Notes: a model not told the origin generated them from the letters alone. 64,000 bases of DNA from an uncultured Gammaproteobacteria bacterium (GCA_963773065.1 CAVYZN010000014.1:32001-96000), one strand, 5' to 3'. Positions 10,379 to 21,890 are shown, counted from the stretch's first letter. Translations and numbers: made by a program.

Positions 10379-10916
10379 GTTGTCCTCCCTAGGTGTTTTT
10401 TTGAAATCGCGCAATTGCTTTCATTTGCTTATTTCTTGTGCGCGATGTGTAAACAAGCACGTATGTTCCCATGACGTGAGACGAGGGACGAGGGACGGCC
10501 TTGCTAGCCCCAGGTCATGAACGTATTCTTTTGATTCGGTAACCCCTCCTGGCTCCAATTCTTGTTCTTAGCGTTACAAAGTTAACCGTTGGGATTTATA
10601 CAGCACCCGCCAGTCTGGTCTTCTTACTGAAGGAATTAGAGAGTGGGACGGGTTATTTCGCAATGATTAAGTACTGCGCAATAAAAAAGCAACAGAAATT
10701 TTGCTGACATGACGTAGCTGAAAACGATATACGTAGAAATACGTATTAACCAGGAATGGTCGAAAAGGTCATAGCCTGTCATTGATCTTCATCACCCCCT
10801 ACTGTTCCTCCCACAATAACCGATATCTAACACCTGCGTAATCATCGTACCCACCCTCAGCCAGCTACAATCCAAAATATCGGGTGGCACAGTCGGCACC
10901 CCCATCACCGACCAAC

Positions 10917-11043
10917 ACCATTCCTCTACCCTGGGGTGGTGACATTCACCCTCGCAGTTCGGTAAACTCTTGTGCACAAAGAATTAAGCGGGTGTAGTTC
11001 AATGGTAGAACTGTAGCTTCCCAAGCTTCAAACGTACCTCCTG
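10917..11043 (+). repeat. 127-bp inverted repeat (right copy) containing the 5' half of tRNA-Gly(CCC) at 10988-11035
   Basis: Matches reverse complement of 6026-6152; includes TTGTGCACAA palindrome and a TAAACT -10-like box upstream of the tRNA half. Confidence 0.95.
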
Positions 11044-11225
11044 CATATCTCCAAACCGGACATTTACTTGCCGTAGCCAGGTGGCTGAGATGGGTCGCTT
11101 TAGGACGTTGCCTGTCAAATCAAGTCTGAAACAATATACCTTTGTCGCTCTGCCGCTGCACGGTGAGAAATGCCGGTGAGGCTCATCGGTCCATGGTGCG
11201 GAGGGCCCGACCCGCACCCGCCGGC

Positions 11226-11672
11226 TCATGGCAAGGCCAGGCGCTCGGCCAGGAATGCCAGCGCGGCCTCCAGGTTAAGCGCCGCCCGCTGGCTCAACTC
11301 CTCCCCCAACTCAAACTCGTATCCGCGGATCGCGAGGACGTAAGCCGGCGGCGCGGCCTGCCCGTAATGGCGCTCATAGGCCGCCAGTACGGCCGGGGGT
11401 GTGAGGGCATGGGAGGAATAACTCTGGTCCGCCAGCGCGGTGATGGGCGCGAATTGAAACGCTTCCTCGCCGGACACGCTGGCGTCGATGAACAGCACTT
11501 CCTCCCGCTCCGCCATATCCAGCAGGTATTCCACCTGCAACTGGAAGTCGGTGAGGAGTTCCACGTCCGGCAGCTTCAGGGCCTCCAGGCGTTCGATGGC
11601 CCGGGGACCCAGCGCATCGTCGCCGCGGCTGGGGTTGCCGATGCCGATGATCAGACGGCTTGCGCGGGTCAA
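11226..11672 (-). CDS. hoxW: Hydrogenase maturation protease
   Basis: IGIGNPSRGDDALGP, 'FIDA', 'SSHALTP'; directly after hoxH. Confidence 0.9.
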   Translation of the reverse strand: MTRASRLIIGIGNPSRGDDALGPRAIERLEALKLPDVELLTDFQLQVEYLLDMAEREEVLFIDASVSGEEAFQFAPITALADQSYSSHALTPPAVLAAYERHYGQAAPPAYVLAIRGYEFELGEELSQRAALNLEAALAFLAERLALP

Positions 11673-11694
11673 CGCAAACCCCCCTTCCGGCGAA

Positions 11695-13161
11695 TCAGTT
11701 GTCCCGGCTGATGGTGTCGAGGCGGCCGCCGTCGGCGTCGAGCAATTCCACGATCAGCGGCATTTTCCCCAGCGCGTGGGTGGCGCAGGAGAGGCAGGGG
11801 TCGAAGGCGCGCACCGCCACCTCGATGTGGTTGAGCAGGCCCTCGTTGAGCTTGCGCCCGTCCAGGTGCTGCCGGGCGACCGCTCGGATGGCCTCGTTCA
11901 TCGCCTGGTTGTTGTGGGTGGTGGAGACGATGAGGTTGGCGCGCTCTACCAGGTCGTCTTCGTTGACCCGATAGTGATGGATGAGCGTGCCCCGGGGGGC
12001 CTCGATCATGCCCACGCCCCGCTCCTGGCGGGTGCCGCTCGTCACCAGGTCCTCACCCATGAGGTCATCGTCGTGGAGCAGTTCCTTGATCATCTCGGCG
12101 GCGTGCAGCATCTCGATCATGCGCGCCCAGTGATTGCCGAGGGTGGCGCCGCTGGCGCTGCCCGCATCGAAGGCGAGGAATTCCCGACGTTCCCGCTCGG
12201 CGAACGGCGTGTCGATGAAATCGCATTGCGTCACCCGGGTCAGGGGCCCCACCCGGTACCAGCCCTGCTCCGGCCCCAGGCTGCGGAAGAAGGGGAATTT
12301 CATGTACGACCAGGACTTCACTTCCTCGAAGATGTAGTCCCAGTAATGATCGTATTCCACGTGGTCGAACAGGGTGTGGCCATCCCGGTCCCGGGCGCGC
12401 AGGCCGCCGTGGTAGAGGTCCATGGCGCCGTCGGCGCGGATCAGGCTGAGGGTGTGGGCGCTAAAGCGGCCGAAGCTGGTGTAGAGCGCCAGGTTCTGCT
12501 CGAACAGGCGCCGCGCCAACTGCACCGCGTCCCGGCTCCAGGCGATGATCTGGTAGATGTCCGCGAGCAGGAAGTCGCGTTCTTCCCGGGACAGGTTCTT
12601 GTTTATCCCGCCGGGGATGGCGCTGGTGCCGTGAATCCGCTTGCCGGCGGTGACGCGGATCACCTCCTGGCCGAACTTGCGCAGCAGCACGCCCTGCCGG
12701 GCGATGTCGGGGTAGGCGGCGGCGACACCGACGAGATTGCGTCTGGCCACGTCGGAATCGAAGCCGAACAGCAGGTCCGGGGAGGACAGGTGGAAGAAAT
12801 GCAGGGCGTGGGATTGCAGGATTTGCCCGTAATGCATGAGCCGGCGCAGCTTTTCCGCCGTGGGCGTGAGCTGCGTCGCGCCGACGATCTGGTCCATGGC
12901 CTTGGATGCGGCCAGGTGGTGGGACACCGGGCAGATGCCGCACAGGCGCTGCACCATGACCGGAATCTCCCAGAACGGCCGGCCCTGGACGAATTTCTCG
13001 AAGCCGCGGAATTCGACGATATGCAGCCGGGCCTGCTGGACGCGGTCGTATTCATCCAGCAGCAGGGTGACTTTGCCATGGCCCTCGACCCGGGACAGGG
13101 GTTCGATGGCCACCCGGCGTAAATTTTCCGGATGGGCGGCGGTTTCCAGTTCAAGGCTCAT
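11695..13161 (-). CDS. hoxH: Group 3d NAD-reducing [NiFe] hydrogenase large subunit
   Basis: RVEGHGK, L1 [11 protein letters not shown]2 DPCLSCATH plus cleavable tail. Confidence 0.97.
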   Translation of the reverse strand: MSLELETAAHPENLRRVAIEPLSRVEGHGKVTLLLDEYDRVQQARLHIVEFRGFEKFVQGRPFWEIPVMVQRLCGICPVSHHLAASKAMDQIVGATQLTPTAEKLRRLMHYGQILQSHALHFFHLSSPDLLFGFDSDVARRNLVGVAAAYPDIARQGVLLRKFGQEVIRVTAGKRIHGTSAIPGGINKNLSREERDFLLADIYQIIAWSRDAVQLARRLFEQNLALYTSFGRFSAHTLSLIRADGAMDLYHGGLRARDRDGHTLFDHVEYDHYWDYIFEEVKSWSYMKFPFFRSLGPEQGWYRVGPLTRVTQCDFIDTPFAERERREFLAFDAGSASGATLGNHWARMIEMLHAAEMIKELLHDDDLMGEDLVTSGTRQERGVGMIEAPRGTLIHHYRVNEDDLVERANLIVSTTHNNQAMNEAIRAVARQHLDGRKLNEGLLNHIEVAVRAFDPCLSCATHALGKMPLIVELLDADGGRLDTISRDN

Positions 13162-13197
13162 TGCGATTACCTGTGAGAGTGTCCTCGGCCATGCCGT

Positions 13198-13761
13198 TCA
13201 GTCGTAGGAGATCAGCCCGTGCCCCAGCCTGGGCGTGTGCCCGGCGAGCAGATCGGTGAGGAAAGACCAGATGGCGTCGGCGGACGGGGGGCAACCGGGA
13301 ATGAAATAATCCACCTTCACCACCTCGTGCAGCGGGCGCACCTTGTCCAGGGGCAGGGGCAGTTCCGGGTCGTTGGGGATGAGGCCGTTCTCCAGGCCGG
13401 GTTCGGTGAGATAGACCTCCGAGAGGCAGTCGGCCAGGTCCAGGTGATTGCGCTGGGCGGGCAGCCCGCCGGTGATGGCGCAGGCGCCGATGGCCACCAG
13501 GATCTTGCAGTTCTTCCTGAATTCCCGCAGCACGCGCACATTCTCCGCGTTGCAGATGCCGCCCTCGACGATGCCGATGTCGCAGAGGCCGCAGTGCTTG
13601 ATGTCGGTTAAGGGGCTGCGATCGAACTCCACCAGCTCCAGCAGGGTGAACAGGCGTTCATCGATGTCGAGCAACGACATGTGGCAACCGAAACAGCCCG
13701 CCAGGGAAGTGGTGGCCACCCGCCATTTTTTCGTTACCGGGGGAGAGGAGGCAGCACCCAT
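13198..13761 (-). CDS. hoxY: NAD-reducing hydrogenase small subunit
   Basis: LAGCFGCHMS, GACA, PGCPP. Confidence 0.95.
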   Translation of the reverse strand: MGAASSPPVTKKWRVATTSLAGCFGCHMSLLDIDERLFTLLELVEFDRSPLTDIKHCGLCDIGIVEGGICNAENVRVLREFRKNCKILVAIGACAITGGLPAQRNHLDLADCLSEVYLTEPGLENGLIPNDPELPLPLDKVRPLHEVVKVDYFIPGCPPSADAIWSFLTDLLAGHTPRLGHGLISYD

Positions 13762-14513
13762 CAGGGCGACTCCTCGCAGGACTTGCAGGGGTGCTGTGCC
13801 TGGGAACCCCGGGGGGCATCCGCCAGGGCCTGGGCGCTGATGGGCTGTGCATCGTAACGGCGCCGACCGATGGGCACGGCGAACCCCACGCGCTTCTTCA
13901 GGATCACGCCGACGGGACAAACCTCCATGGCCTTGTCGGTGAGGGCGATGTCGGTGTGTTCCAGGCGGCCGGATTCAGAATTCACGATCAAATGCTTGTC
14001 CAGACCCCGGCCGGAGAGAGCGAACACGTTCTTGCCGTCCACTTCGCTGGAGGCGCGCACGCACAGCTCGCACAGGATACAGCGGTTGAAGTCCAGCAGG
14101 ATGTCCGGGTGGGAGGCGTCTACGGGTCTATCGGGGAAGTAGTGGCGGAAGCCGGCGGTCATTACGCCCAAATCGTAGCCCAGTGCCTGCAGCATGCAGT
14201 TGCCGCTCTTCTCGCAGGAGGGGCAGAAATGGTTGCCCTCGGCGAACAGCATCTGCACCAGGGTATGGCGCAGGCCGTTGATCTCCTCCGTAGCGCTGGC
14301 CACCTCGAGGCCGGCCTGGGCAGGCAGGGTGCAGGAGGTGGCGGTGCGGCCGTTGACCATGACGGTGCAGACCTTGCAACTGCCATGGGGTTTGAACTCC
14401 GGGTGGTAGCAAAGATGGGGGATATAGCGCCCCGCAGCCAGGGCCGCCTGGACCACACTCTGGCCCGGCTCGAAGGGGACTTCCTCCCCATCGAGAAGAA
14501 AGCTCTGGGTCAT
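13761..14513 (-). CDS. hoxU: Diaphorase Fe-S subunit
   Basis: IPHLC..GSCKVC, HFCPSCEKSGNC, RCILCELCVR, CPVG. Confidence 0.95.
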   Translation of the reverse strand: MTQSFLLDGEEVPFEPGQSVVQAALAAGRYIPHLCYHPEFKPHGSCKVCTVMVNGRTATSCTLPAQAGLEVASATEEINGLRHTLVQMLFAEGNHFCPSCEKSGNCMLQALGYDLGVMTAGFRHYFPDRPVDASHPDILLDFNRCILCELCVRASSEVDGKNVFALSGRGLDKHLIVNSESGRLEHTDIALTDKAMEVCPVGVILKKRVGFAVPIGRRRYDAQPISAQALADAPRGSQAQHPCKSCEESP

Positions 14514-16390
14514 GATTCGCTCTCCAGGTGCGCTCCTGCATCGTCCCGGCCGGTCATCAGGCGGGCCCGTGCCAGGGCGCCATCCAGGTCGAAAGCCGGC
14601 TCGAAATCCAGGGATTTGAGGCGCCGTTCATAGGCCGGGCGGAAGCGCTTGAGGGTGTCCAGGGTGGGATTGCAAGCGGTATGTCCCAGGCCGCAGTGGG
14701 CGCTCATGTGCAGCACCCGGTCCAGGGACTCGATCTCTTTCAGGTCGTAGGGAGTGCCGTGTCCCGCCCGGATCTTGTCCATGGTGTCGCGCAACATGGC
14801 CGTGCCGACCCGGCACGGCGTACAGAAACCGCAACTTTCGTGGGCGAAGAAATGGGCGAAGTTGCGCGCCACCTCGAACATGTCCCGGCTGGCATCGAAC
14901 ACCATGAAGGCGCCGGCGGTAGGCAGGTCCTCGAAGGCGATCTTGCGCCCGAACTCGCTGGCGTCGATGCACACGCCCGAGGGGCCGCTGATCTGGACCG
15001 CCTGGGCATGCTCCGCGCCGCAGTCTTCCAGCACCTGGCGCACGCTCGTTCCGAAAGGGTATTCGTAGATGCCGGGGCGGGCGCAGTCCCCGGACACCGA
15101 CAGCACCTTGGTGCCGGCGGATTTGGCCGTGCCGATAGCGCGGTACCAGTCACCGCCGTGGGCGGCGATAAGGGCGGCGGCGCAGAAGGTTTCTACGTTG
15201 TTCACCGTGGTGGGGCGTTGCAGGTAGCCGTGGGTGACGGGGTAGGGGGGGCGGTTGCGGGGGATGCCGCGCTTGCCCTCCAAGGAGTCGATCAGGGCCG
15301 ACTCCTCACCGCAAACGTAAGCGCCGGCGCCCACGTGGATGTCGATATCGAAGTCAAAACTGGCCTGTCCACAAATCTCCCCGCCGAGCAGATGGTCGGC
15401 GCGGCGGCGCTCAAGCACCCGGATCAGAGGCTCCAGCAGATAACGGTATTCGCCGCGCAGATACAGAAAGCCCTGGCTTGCGCCGATGGCATGGGCCGCG
15501 ACCGTCATGCCCTCGAACACCAGGTCGGCGTGACGGGTGAGCAACACCCGGTCCTTGAAGGTGCCGGGCTCGCCCTCGTCGGCGTTGCACACCACGTAAC
15601 GCCGCGGGCAGGCGGCATCGCGGCAGGCTTCCCACTTCAGGCCGGTGGCGTAGCCGGCGCCGCCCCGGCCGCGCAGATTGGAGCGCTTGATTTCTTCCAG
15701 TGTCGAGGGAAGGCCCGCTGCGGCGGTGCCGGTGGCTGCGCGCCGGGAATCCACATCGCCCGCCGGTTCCGCCCGGGCGCCGCGTTCGATGGCCGCACGC
15801 AGCGCATCGCCCGGTTGCAGCTTATGGTTGAGGAGGATATCCGTCCGCCGGATGTTGTCCTCGATGGTGAACAGTTCCATGGGCCAATCTTCCAGCGGCC
15901 GTTGTTCCAGGATCAGACCGGCAATCTCGTCCAGGCGCTCCCGGGTGATGCGCGGGATGGCCCGGCCGTTGACCAGCAGGCCGGGCCCCTGGTCACACAG
16001 GCCGGTACAGGAGGTGAAGTCGATGGATACCAGACCCTCCTCGGACATGTGTCCCCGCTCCACCCAGAGCTTGGTGCACAGGTATTCCAGCAGATCCTGG
16101 TTGCCGCGCATGCGGTCGGTGATGTTGTTGGAGAACAGCACCCGGTAGCGGCCCACCGGCCGCAGGTGAAGAAAACTGTAAAACCCCGCCACCCCCTCCA
16201 CCCGCGCGCGCGGCACGTCGAGGCCGCGGGCCAGAGCGGTCAGCGCCGCGGGCGGGATCCAGCCGTTGAGTTCCTGAACCTCGCGCAGGATCTGCACCAG
16301 CCGGGTGGCATCGCGTCCATGGCGCTCCAGCAGGGTATCCAGCCTATCCTGGGTGAGCGGTGGGGTGGCGGGTGGTGTCGGCATAGGCAA
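14510..16390 (-). CDS. hoxF: Diaphorase flavoprotein subunit (NuoE+NuoF-like fusion)
   Basis: LRGRGGAG, NADEGEPGTFKDR, GAGAYVCGEESAL, ESCGFCTPCR. Confidence 0.95.
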   Translation of the reverse strand: MPMPTPPATPPLTQDRLDTLLERHGRDATRLVQILREVQELNGWIPPAALTALARGLDVPRARVEGVAGFYSFLHLRPVGRYRVLFSNNITDRMRGNQDLLEYLCTKLWVERGHMSEEGLVSIDFTSCTGLCDQGPGLLVNGRAIPRITRERLDEIAGLILEQRPLEDWPMELFTIEDNIRRTDILLNHKLQPGDALRAAIERGARAEPAGDVDSRRAATGTAAAGLPSTLEEIKRSNLRGRGGAGYATGLKWEACRDAACPRRYVVCNADEGEPGTFKDRVLLTRHADLVFEGMTVAAHAIGASQGFLYLRGEYRYLLEPLIRVLERRRADHLLGGEICGQASFDFDIDIHVGAGAYVCGEESALIDSLEGKRGIPRNRPPYPVTHGYLQRPTTVNNVETFCAAALIAAHGGDWYRAIGTAKSAGTKVLSVSGDCARPGIYEYPFGTSVRQVLEDCGAEHAQAVQISGPSGVCIDASEFGRKIAFEDLPTAGAFMVFDASRDMFEVARNFAHFFAHESCGFCTPCRVGTAMLRDTMDKIRAGHGTPYDLKEIESLDRVLHMSAHCGLGHTACNPTLDTLKRFRPAYERRLKSLDFEPAFDLDGALARARLMTGRDDAGAHLESES

Positions 16391-16560
16391 GAAGGCCTGG
16401 TGGTCCCGAGTCGGTCCACATTCAGTTTAGACCGGGTGAGCCACAAATAGGGCCATGCGTGCTTGTGCCTGGAATCTAGCCCCTAACAGGATGAGTGTCA
16501 ACGCAGCAGCAGGCGGGCGGCGGCGATCGGGGTGGCGTAGCCGGCATCGACGGCGTCCCG

Positions 16561-17356
16561 TCAGAGCATGTTATAGGCGAGCACCAGGCACCCGAAGGCG
16601 ATGCGGTACCACGCGAACAGGGAAAAATCGTGATGCGCTATGTAGTGCAACAGGAACTTGACCGCCGCCAGCGCGCTCAGGAACGCAGCCACGAAGCCGG
16701 TGGCGAAAACCTCGGCGTCAGCCACGCTCAACAGGTGCCGGCTCTCGTACAGGTCGTAGGCGGTGGCCGCGAACATGGTCGGTATCGCGAGGAAGAAGGA
16801 GAATTCCGTCGCCGCGCGTCGCGACAGGCCGAATACGAGCCCGCCCATGATGGTCGCGCCCGAGCGCGAGACGCCGGGGATGAGCGCAGCGGCCTGAGCG
16901 ACTCCCAACCTGCAGCGCCTGTTTCCAGCCGATGGCATCGACGTCATCCACGCGCGGTTTGCCGACGAGCCGCTCGATTGCGAGGATCGCGACGCCGCCG
17001 CCGATGAGCGCGCAGGCGACGACGACCGGCGTGAACAGATAGGTCTTGATGTATCCGTGCAGCAGGAATCCGAGCGCGGCGGCGGGCAGGAAGGCGATCC
17101 CGATGTTGAAGGCGAACCGGCGAGCCTCGGGTTCGCGGTGCAGCCCGAGTGCCACGAAGGCGAGGCGGGCGCGATACAGCCAGCACACGGCGAGGATGGC
17201 GCCAAGTTGGATTATGACCTCGAAGGTCTTGGCCTTCTCTCCGGTATAATCGAGCAGGTCGGCGGCGATGATGAGATGTCCGGTGCTGGAGATGGGCAGG
17301 AATTCGGTCAATCCCTCGACGATCCCGAGCAGCAGTGCCTTGAGGAAGAAGTCCAT
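16561..17356 (-). CDS. uppP: Undecaprenyl-diphosphate phosphatase (frameshift near 16905)
   Basis: [35 protein letters not shown] in two frames. Confidence 0.93.
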
Positions 17357-17453
17357 GGCGATTAATGAATCGGTCAAAAAAAACGGATGATACCATGTCG
17401 GACTGGAAGAAATGTCGCGGCGCCGCGCCGCGCGCCGTGAACGAGGGTGTCCT

Positions 17454-18462
17454 ATGGGCGTAGCACTCAGCCTGGTGGTGATGCTGCTGCTGATCCTCGT
17501 CGCGGCGGAGGTCTTCACGAATGCGCTGGAGCACCTCGGCGAGCGCCTCGGAATCTCGGAGGGCGTGACGGGTTCGCTCTTCGCGGCAGTCGGCACCGCC
17601 ATGCCGGAAAGCATCGTGCCTCTGGTCGCCCTGCTGGCCGGTGGAGAGAATCCGGATGTCAATGCCGCAGATCGGCGTCGGCGCCATCCTCGGCGCACCG
17701 CTCATGCTCTCGACGCTGAGCCTGTCGCTGATGGGTCTCTCGGTCGTGCGCAGACGCGGGCTGCGGGGGCATCTGCGGCCGGAGCGTACCGGCCTCGAGC
17801 GGGATCTCGCCTTCTTCCTGATCGCCTTCGGCATCGCGCTCGTGGCGCTGTTCATCCCGGCCCCGCTTGGCTGGTTACGCGCCGTGTTCGCCGCGATGCT
17901 GATATTGACCTACTTCGTCTACGCGCTGCTCACACTGCGCGTATCGGCGAAGCTGGTCGAGGAAGGACATGCCACGCAGGCGCATCGCAAGATGTATCTC
18001 CACCGCCTCGGCATGCCCGACAACATGGCGATCGTCATCTTCCAGATCCTGTTCGGTCTGGTGCTGCTGGTCGGCGGCGCAAAGGGCTTCGTGCACGGCG
18101 TCAAGGAAGCCTCGGAACTCATCGGCGTATCGCCCTTGCTGCTGTCGCTTCTGCTCATCCCCATCGCGACCGAGTTGCCGGAGAAGGTCAACAGCATCCT
18201 CTGGATCCGGCGCGCCAAGGACACGCTTGCCTTCGGCAACATTACCGGGGCGATGGTCTTTCAGGGAAGCATCCTTCCCGTCATCGGCCTCATGATGACC
18301 CCCTGGCGTTCGACTCCTGAGGTGCTGGTCGGCGTGCTGGTGACCTATGGCGCGGCGCTCTGGCTGTACTGGCACGCACGGCGCAGCGGCGGCCTCAGGA
18401 TCTGGCATCTGTGCGTCAATGGCCTGCTCTACGTCGTTTATATCGTCGTCATGGTCGCCTGA
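17454..18462 (+). CDS. Sodium:calcium antiporter family protein (frameshift near 17668)
   Basis: Alpha-repeat motifs GTAMPE and ATELPE; multiple TM helices. Confidence 0.85.
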
Positions 18463-18522
18463 TCGCGAAGCAGATGCCCGCCGTGGCCTCAGCGGATGGT
18501 GCGCCCTGCCGCCGGTGCGGGA

Positions 18523-19657
18523 TCAGGCAGCCGATGCTTTTTGGTCCTTGCGGTTTCTGGTCAGAGCCACGCGTTTCTCATAGGCTTCCCGCGCAATCCC
18601 GACATCCTCGAGGAAGCTGTCCAATTCATCCATATGCAGCGCCTGGGGACCATCGACCAGCGCCTTGCTCGGGACGGGGTGGAAATCGACGAGTATCATG
18701 TTGGCGCCGGCGATGACGCCCTGGGCGGTGACGTGGAATACATCCAGTATGCCTTCCGGCGAGGCCTCGCGGCTGCCCACGGAATGCGAGGGGTCGATAC
18801 ACACGGGCATGCGGGTCAGGCGTTTGACGACCGGAACATGGGAGAAGTCGACAAAGTTGCGATGCGGGTCGCCCATGTTGGTCTTCATGCCGCGCAATCC
18901 GAATACGACACGCCGGTTGCCTTCGCTGGCGAGGTACTCGGCCGCGTTGAGGGATTCCTCCAGCGTGATGCCGAAGCCGCGCTTGAGCAGCACGGGGAAT
19001 TCACGCTGGCGGCCGACGGCCTTGAGCAATTCGAAGTTCTGGGTATTGCGGGTGCCGATCTGCAGCAGGACACCCCGTCGGGTTGCCCGTCAACTCGAGG
19101 GCTTCCTGGATCTCCCGCACGTGCATGTCATGGGTCACTTCCATGGCGATGACCTTGATGCCGTACCTGCCGGCCAGCTCGAACACATACGGCAGGCAGC
19201 TCTTGCCGTGCCCCTGGAACGAATAGGGGTTGGTGCGCGGCTTGTAGGCGCCCATGCGGGTGCAGGGCAGGCCGCGTTCCTGCAGGGCCTGCATCATGAT
19301 TTTGACATGTTCGGGGGTATCGACGGCGCACAGGCCGGCGAAGACATTCAGGTTGTCCTGTCCGAAGCGCACACCGTTGTATTCGAAATGGGTCGGACGG
19401 TCATCATCGTGATGACGCCCGAGGATACGGTATTCCTCGGATATGCGCACCACCCGCTCCACGCAGGGCAGGCTTGCCATATCCTCGAGTTGCAGCGTGG
19501 CCGTGTCGCCCACCAGATAGATCTCGGACAGCGTCTGCTGCGCGCCCACCTCGTCATGAACCCGGACCGTGATGTTCGGCAGGTTAGCCAGATGTTCCAG
19601 CAGGTGCCGGTAGGCGGTACCGTTCTTGTCGGTATCCGCATGCAGAATCAATATCAT
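18523..19657 (-). CDS. 3-deoxy-7-phosphoheptulonate (DAHP) synthase, class I-beta (frameshift near 19075)
   Basis: AGLCAVD, GAYKPRTNPYSFQGHG, LLKRG, DPSH. Confidence 0.9.
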
Positions 19658-19751
19658 TATGTCGTTCCTGGAAAGCAGCCAAAGCCGATCGGAACATTAT
19701 CCATGGAATGCGCGGCCCTTACTACCGGCGCGCCCGTGCGCCCGCTCAGGC

Positions 19752-20642
19752 TCAGTCGCGATAGCGCCGCAGCAGGTCCTGGTAGGCGTCGATGCGCCGG
19801 TCACGCAGGTAGGGCCAGAGCCGCCGTACCTGTTCGGTGCGGCCCGGGTCGATCGTGGCGACGACGACGCCGGCGTTATCCTCCGTGGCCTGCTCGAGGA
19901 TCTCGCCCTGGGGACCGATCACCGCGCTGCCGCCCCAGAACTGGATGCCGTCCGTGCGTCCGGAGCCGTCCGTCTCGAGCCCCGTGCGGTTGCAGGTCAG
20001 AACGGGCAGGCCATTGGCGATGGCGTGCCCGCGCTGGATCGTCAGCCAGGCCTCGCGCTGGCGCGCCTGTTCGTCGGCGGCATCCCTCCGGTCCCAGCCG
20101 ATCGCGGTCGGATAGAGCAGGATCTGCGCACCGCCAAGGGCCATCAACCGGGCCGCCTCCGGATACCACTGATCCCAGCAGACGAGTATGCCCAGCATGC
20201 CCACGGACGTCTGCACCGGGTTGAAGCCCAGGTCACCCGGCGTGAAATAGAATTTTTCGTAATAACCGGGATCGTCGGGAATGTGCATCTTGCGATAACA
20301 GCCGGCGATGCGGCCGTCGCTATCGAGCGCGACGGCCGTGTTGTGGTAGAGCCCGGCCGCCCGTTTCTCGAAGACCGAGGCGACGATGACGATCCCGAGT
20401 TCGGCGGCGATGCTGCCCAGGCGTTCCGTGGTGGGTCCGGGAATCGTCTCCGCCAGATCGAAGTTGGCCGGGTCCTCCGTCTGGCAGAAATAGAGGCTCC
20501 GGTGGAGTTCCGGCAACAGCACCAGCCGGGCGCCCCGCGCCGCCGCCTTCCTGATGCCTTCGATACTGGCCGCCAGATTCTGGGCGGCATCCGCGGAACA
20601 GCGCTGCTGTATCAATCCGACGGTTAGCTTCTGTGTGTTCAT
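19752..20642 (-). CDS. aguB: N-carbamoylputrescine amidase (carbon-nitrogen hydrolase)
   Basis: YRKMHIPDDPGYYEKFYF, VCWDQWYPE; adjacent to agmatine deiminase. Confidence 0.9.
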   Translation of the reverse strand: MNTQKLTVGLIQQRCSADAAQNLAASIEGIRKAAARGARLVLLPELHRSLYFCQTEDPANFDLAETIPGPTTERLGSIAAELGIVIVASVFEKRAAGLYHNTAVALDSDGRIAGCYRKMHIPDDPGYYEKFYFTPGDLGFNPVQTSVGMLGILVCWDQWYPEAARLMALGGAQILLYPTAIGWDRRDAADEQARQREAWLTIQRGHAIANGLPVLTCNRTGLETDGSGRTDGIQFWGGSAVIGPQGEILEQATEDNAGVVVATIDPGRTEQVRRLWPYLRDRRIDAYQDLLRRYRD

Positions 20643-20688
20643 CTGTGCTGATAGTTTAAATGGTCAGCGCCCAGGCATAGAAAATCAA

Positions 20689-20765
20689 TTCACCGCAAAG
20701 ACGCAAAGAACGCAAAGAAATTCTATGCTAAAAACAATCAAGAAACTTTGCGTCTTTGCGGTGAA
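20689..20765. repeat. Intergenic long palindrome (CACCGCAAAGACGCAAAG...CTTTGCGTCTTTGCGGTG)
   Basis: Perfect inverted arms; same family as 25907 and 33665. Confidence 0.85.
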
Positions 20766-20805
20766 AGGTTTTTCGGACGAACGCGGAATGGTTTGAAGGA
20801 CCCGC

Positions 20806-21841
20806 TTACAGGATGCCCGCCGGCAACTGCATGGTAGCGCAGTGCAGGCTGCCGTACTGATGGATGAGCGGCAGGCAGTTGATCGGAATGACCCGCCGTC
20901 CGGCAAACGCTCCGGCGAGCCGCTCGAGGGCAATGCCATCGGCCGGGTCGCCATAGACCGGCACGAGCACCGCGCCGTTGATGATCAGGAAATTGGCGTA
21001 ACTGGCCGGCAGCCGTTCGCCGGTGGCGGAGTAGACCGGCGCCGGCAGCGGCAGGGGGAGCAGTTGATAGGGAAGTCCCTCCAGAGTCCTGAAGGTACCG
21101 AGCTGCTTTTCCATCGCTTTCAGTTCCGCGTATTGACTGTCGCTTTGGTCGGTGCATTGCGCGTAGGCGATCATGAGCGGTGAGCAGAAACGGGCCAACA
21201 TATCGATATGCGCGTCGGTATCGTCCCCCTCGAGTTCGCCGTGGTCGAGCCAGAGCACCCGTTGAATGCCCATCTCCTCGGCAAAGAGCCGTGCCAGCGC
21301 CGGTTTGTCGTAGCCGGGATTGCGGCTGTTCGTGATCAGGCAGTTCGAGGTGGTGAGCAGGCTGCCCCGGCCGTCGGTGTCGATGCTGCCGCCCTCGAGT
21401 ACGAGCGGAAAGCGCCGGCAGGCGGTGGCGCCGAAGGCGCCGGCCGACTCCAGCCTCTGGGTGACTTCATTATCCAGGCTCGGCCGGGTATTTGTTTCCC
21501 CAACCGTCGAAGGCAAAATCGAGCAGGCGCAGTTCCGTGCCGTCCGAGACCGCGAGGGGACCGTAGTCACGGATCCAGGTGTCGTTCGTCTGGGCGATGA
21601 AGAAGCTTATGGGATCAAGCGGTATGCCGGCCCGAGCGCATGCCTGCCGGATCTCCCCCGTGTGGTCATGGTCGTAGCAGACGACGAGCAGTTTTTCATG
21701 CGCCACGACCGCCCGGGCAATTTCGAGATACACCGCGGCAACGCTGTCCAGGCTGTCGGCCCAGGCGCTATGGACATGCGGCCATGTCAACAGGATGCCG
21801 GACTGGGGTGCGGTTTCAGGGACAAGATGATACCCGCGCAT
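20806..21841 (-). CDS. aguA: Agmatine deiminase (frameshift near 21480)
   Basis: TWPH, DTWIRDYGP, LEGGSI, DTDAHID, SYANF, GSLHCATMQ. Confidence 0.9.
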
Positions 21842-21890
21842 GGCGTTCGCCAGGCAGGATGGACGGGAACGGCTCGCGGTGCGGTAGGGG

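Noticed and set aside
6026-11043. Two functional tRNA-Gly genes, or a classical attL/attR pair
   Set aside because: Both copies lack the T-arm and 3' acceptor strand, and they are inverted rather than direct repeats.
11488-16450. Long plus-strand ORFs opposite hox (also 4204-5823 on minus and 57266-59017 on plus)
   Set aside because: Antisense shadows of GC-rich genes with no motifs.
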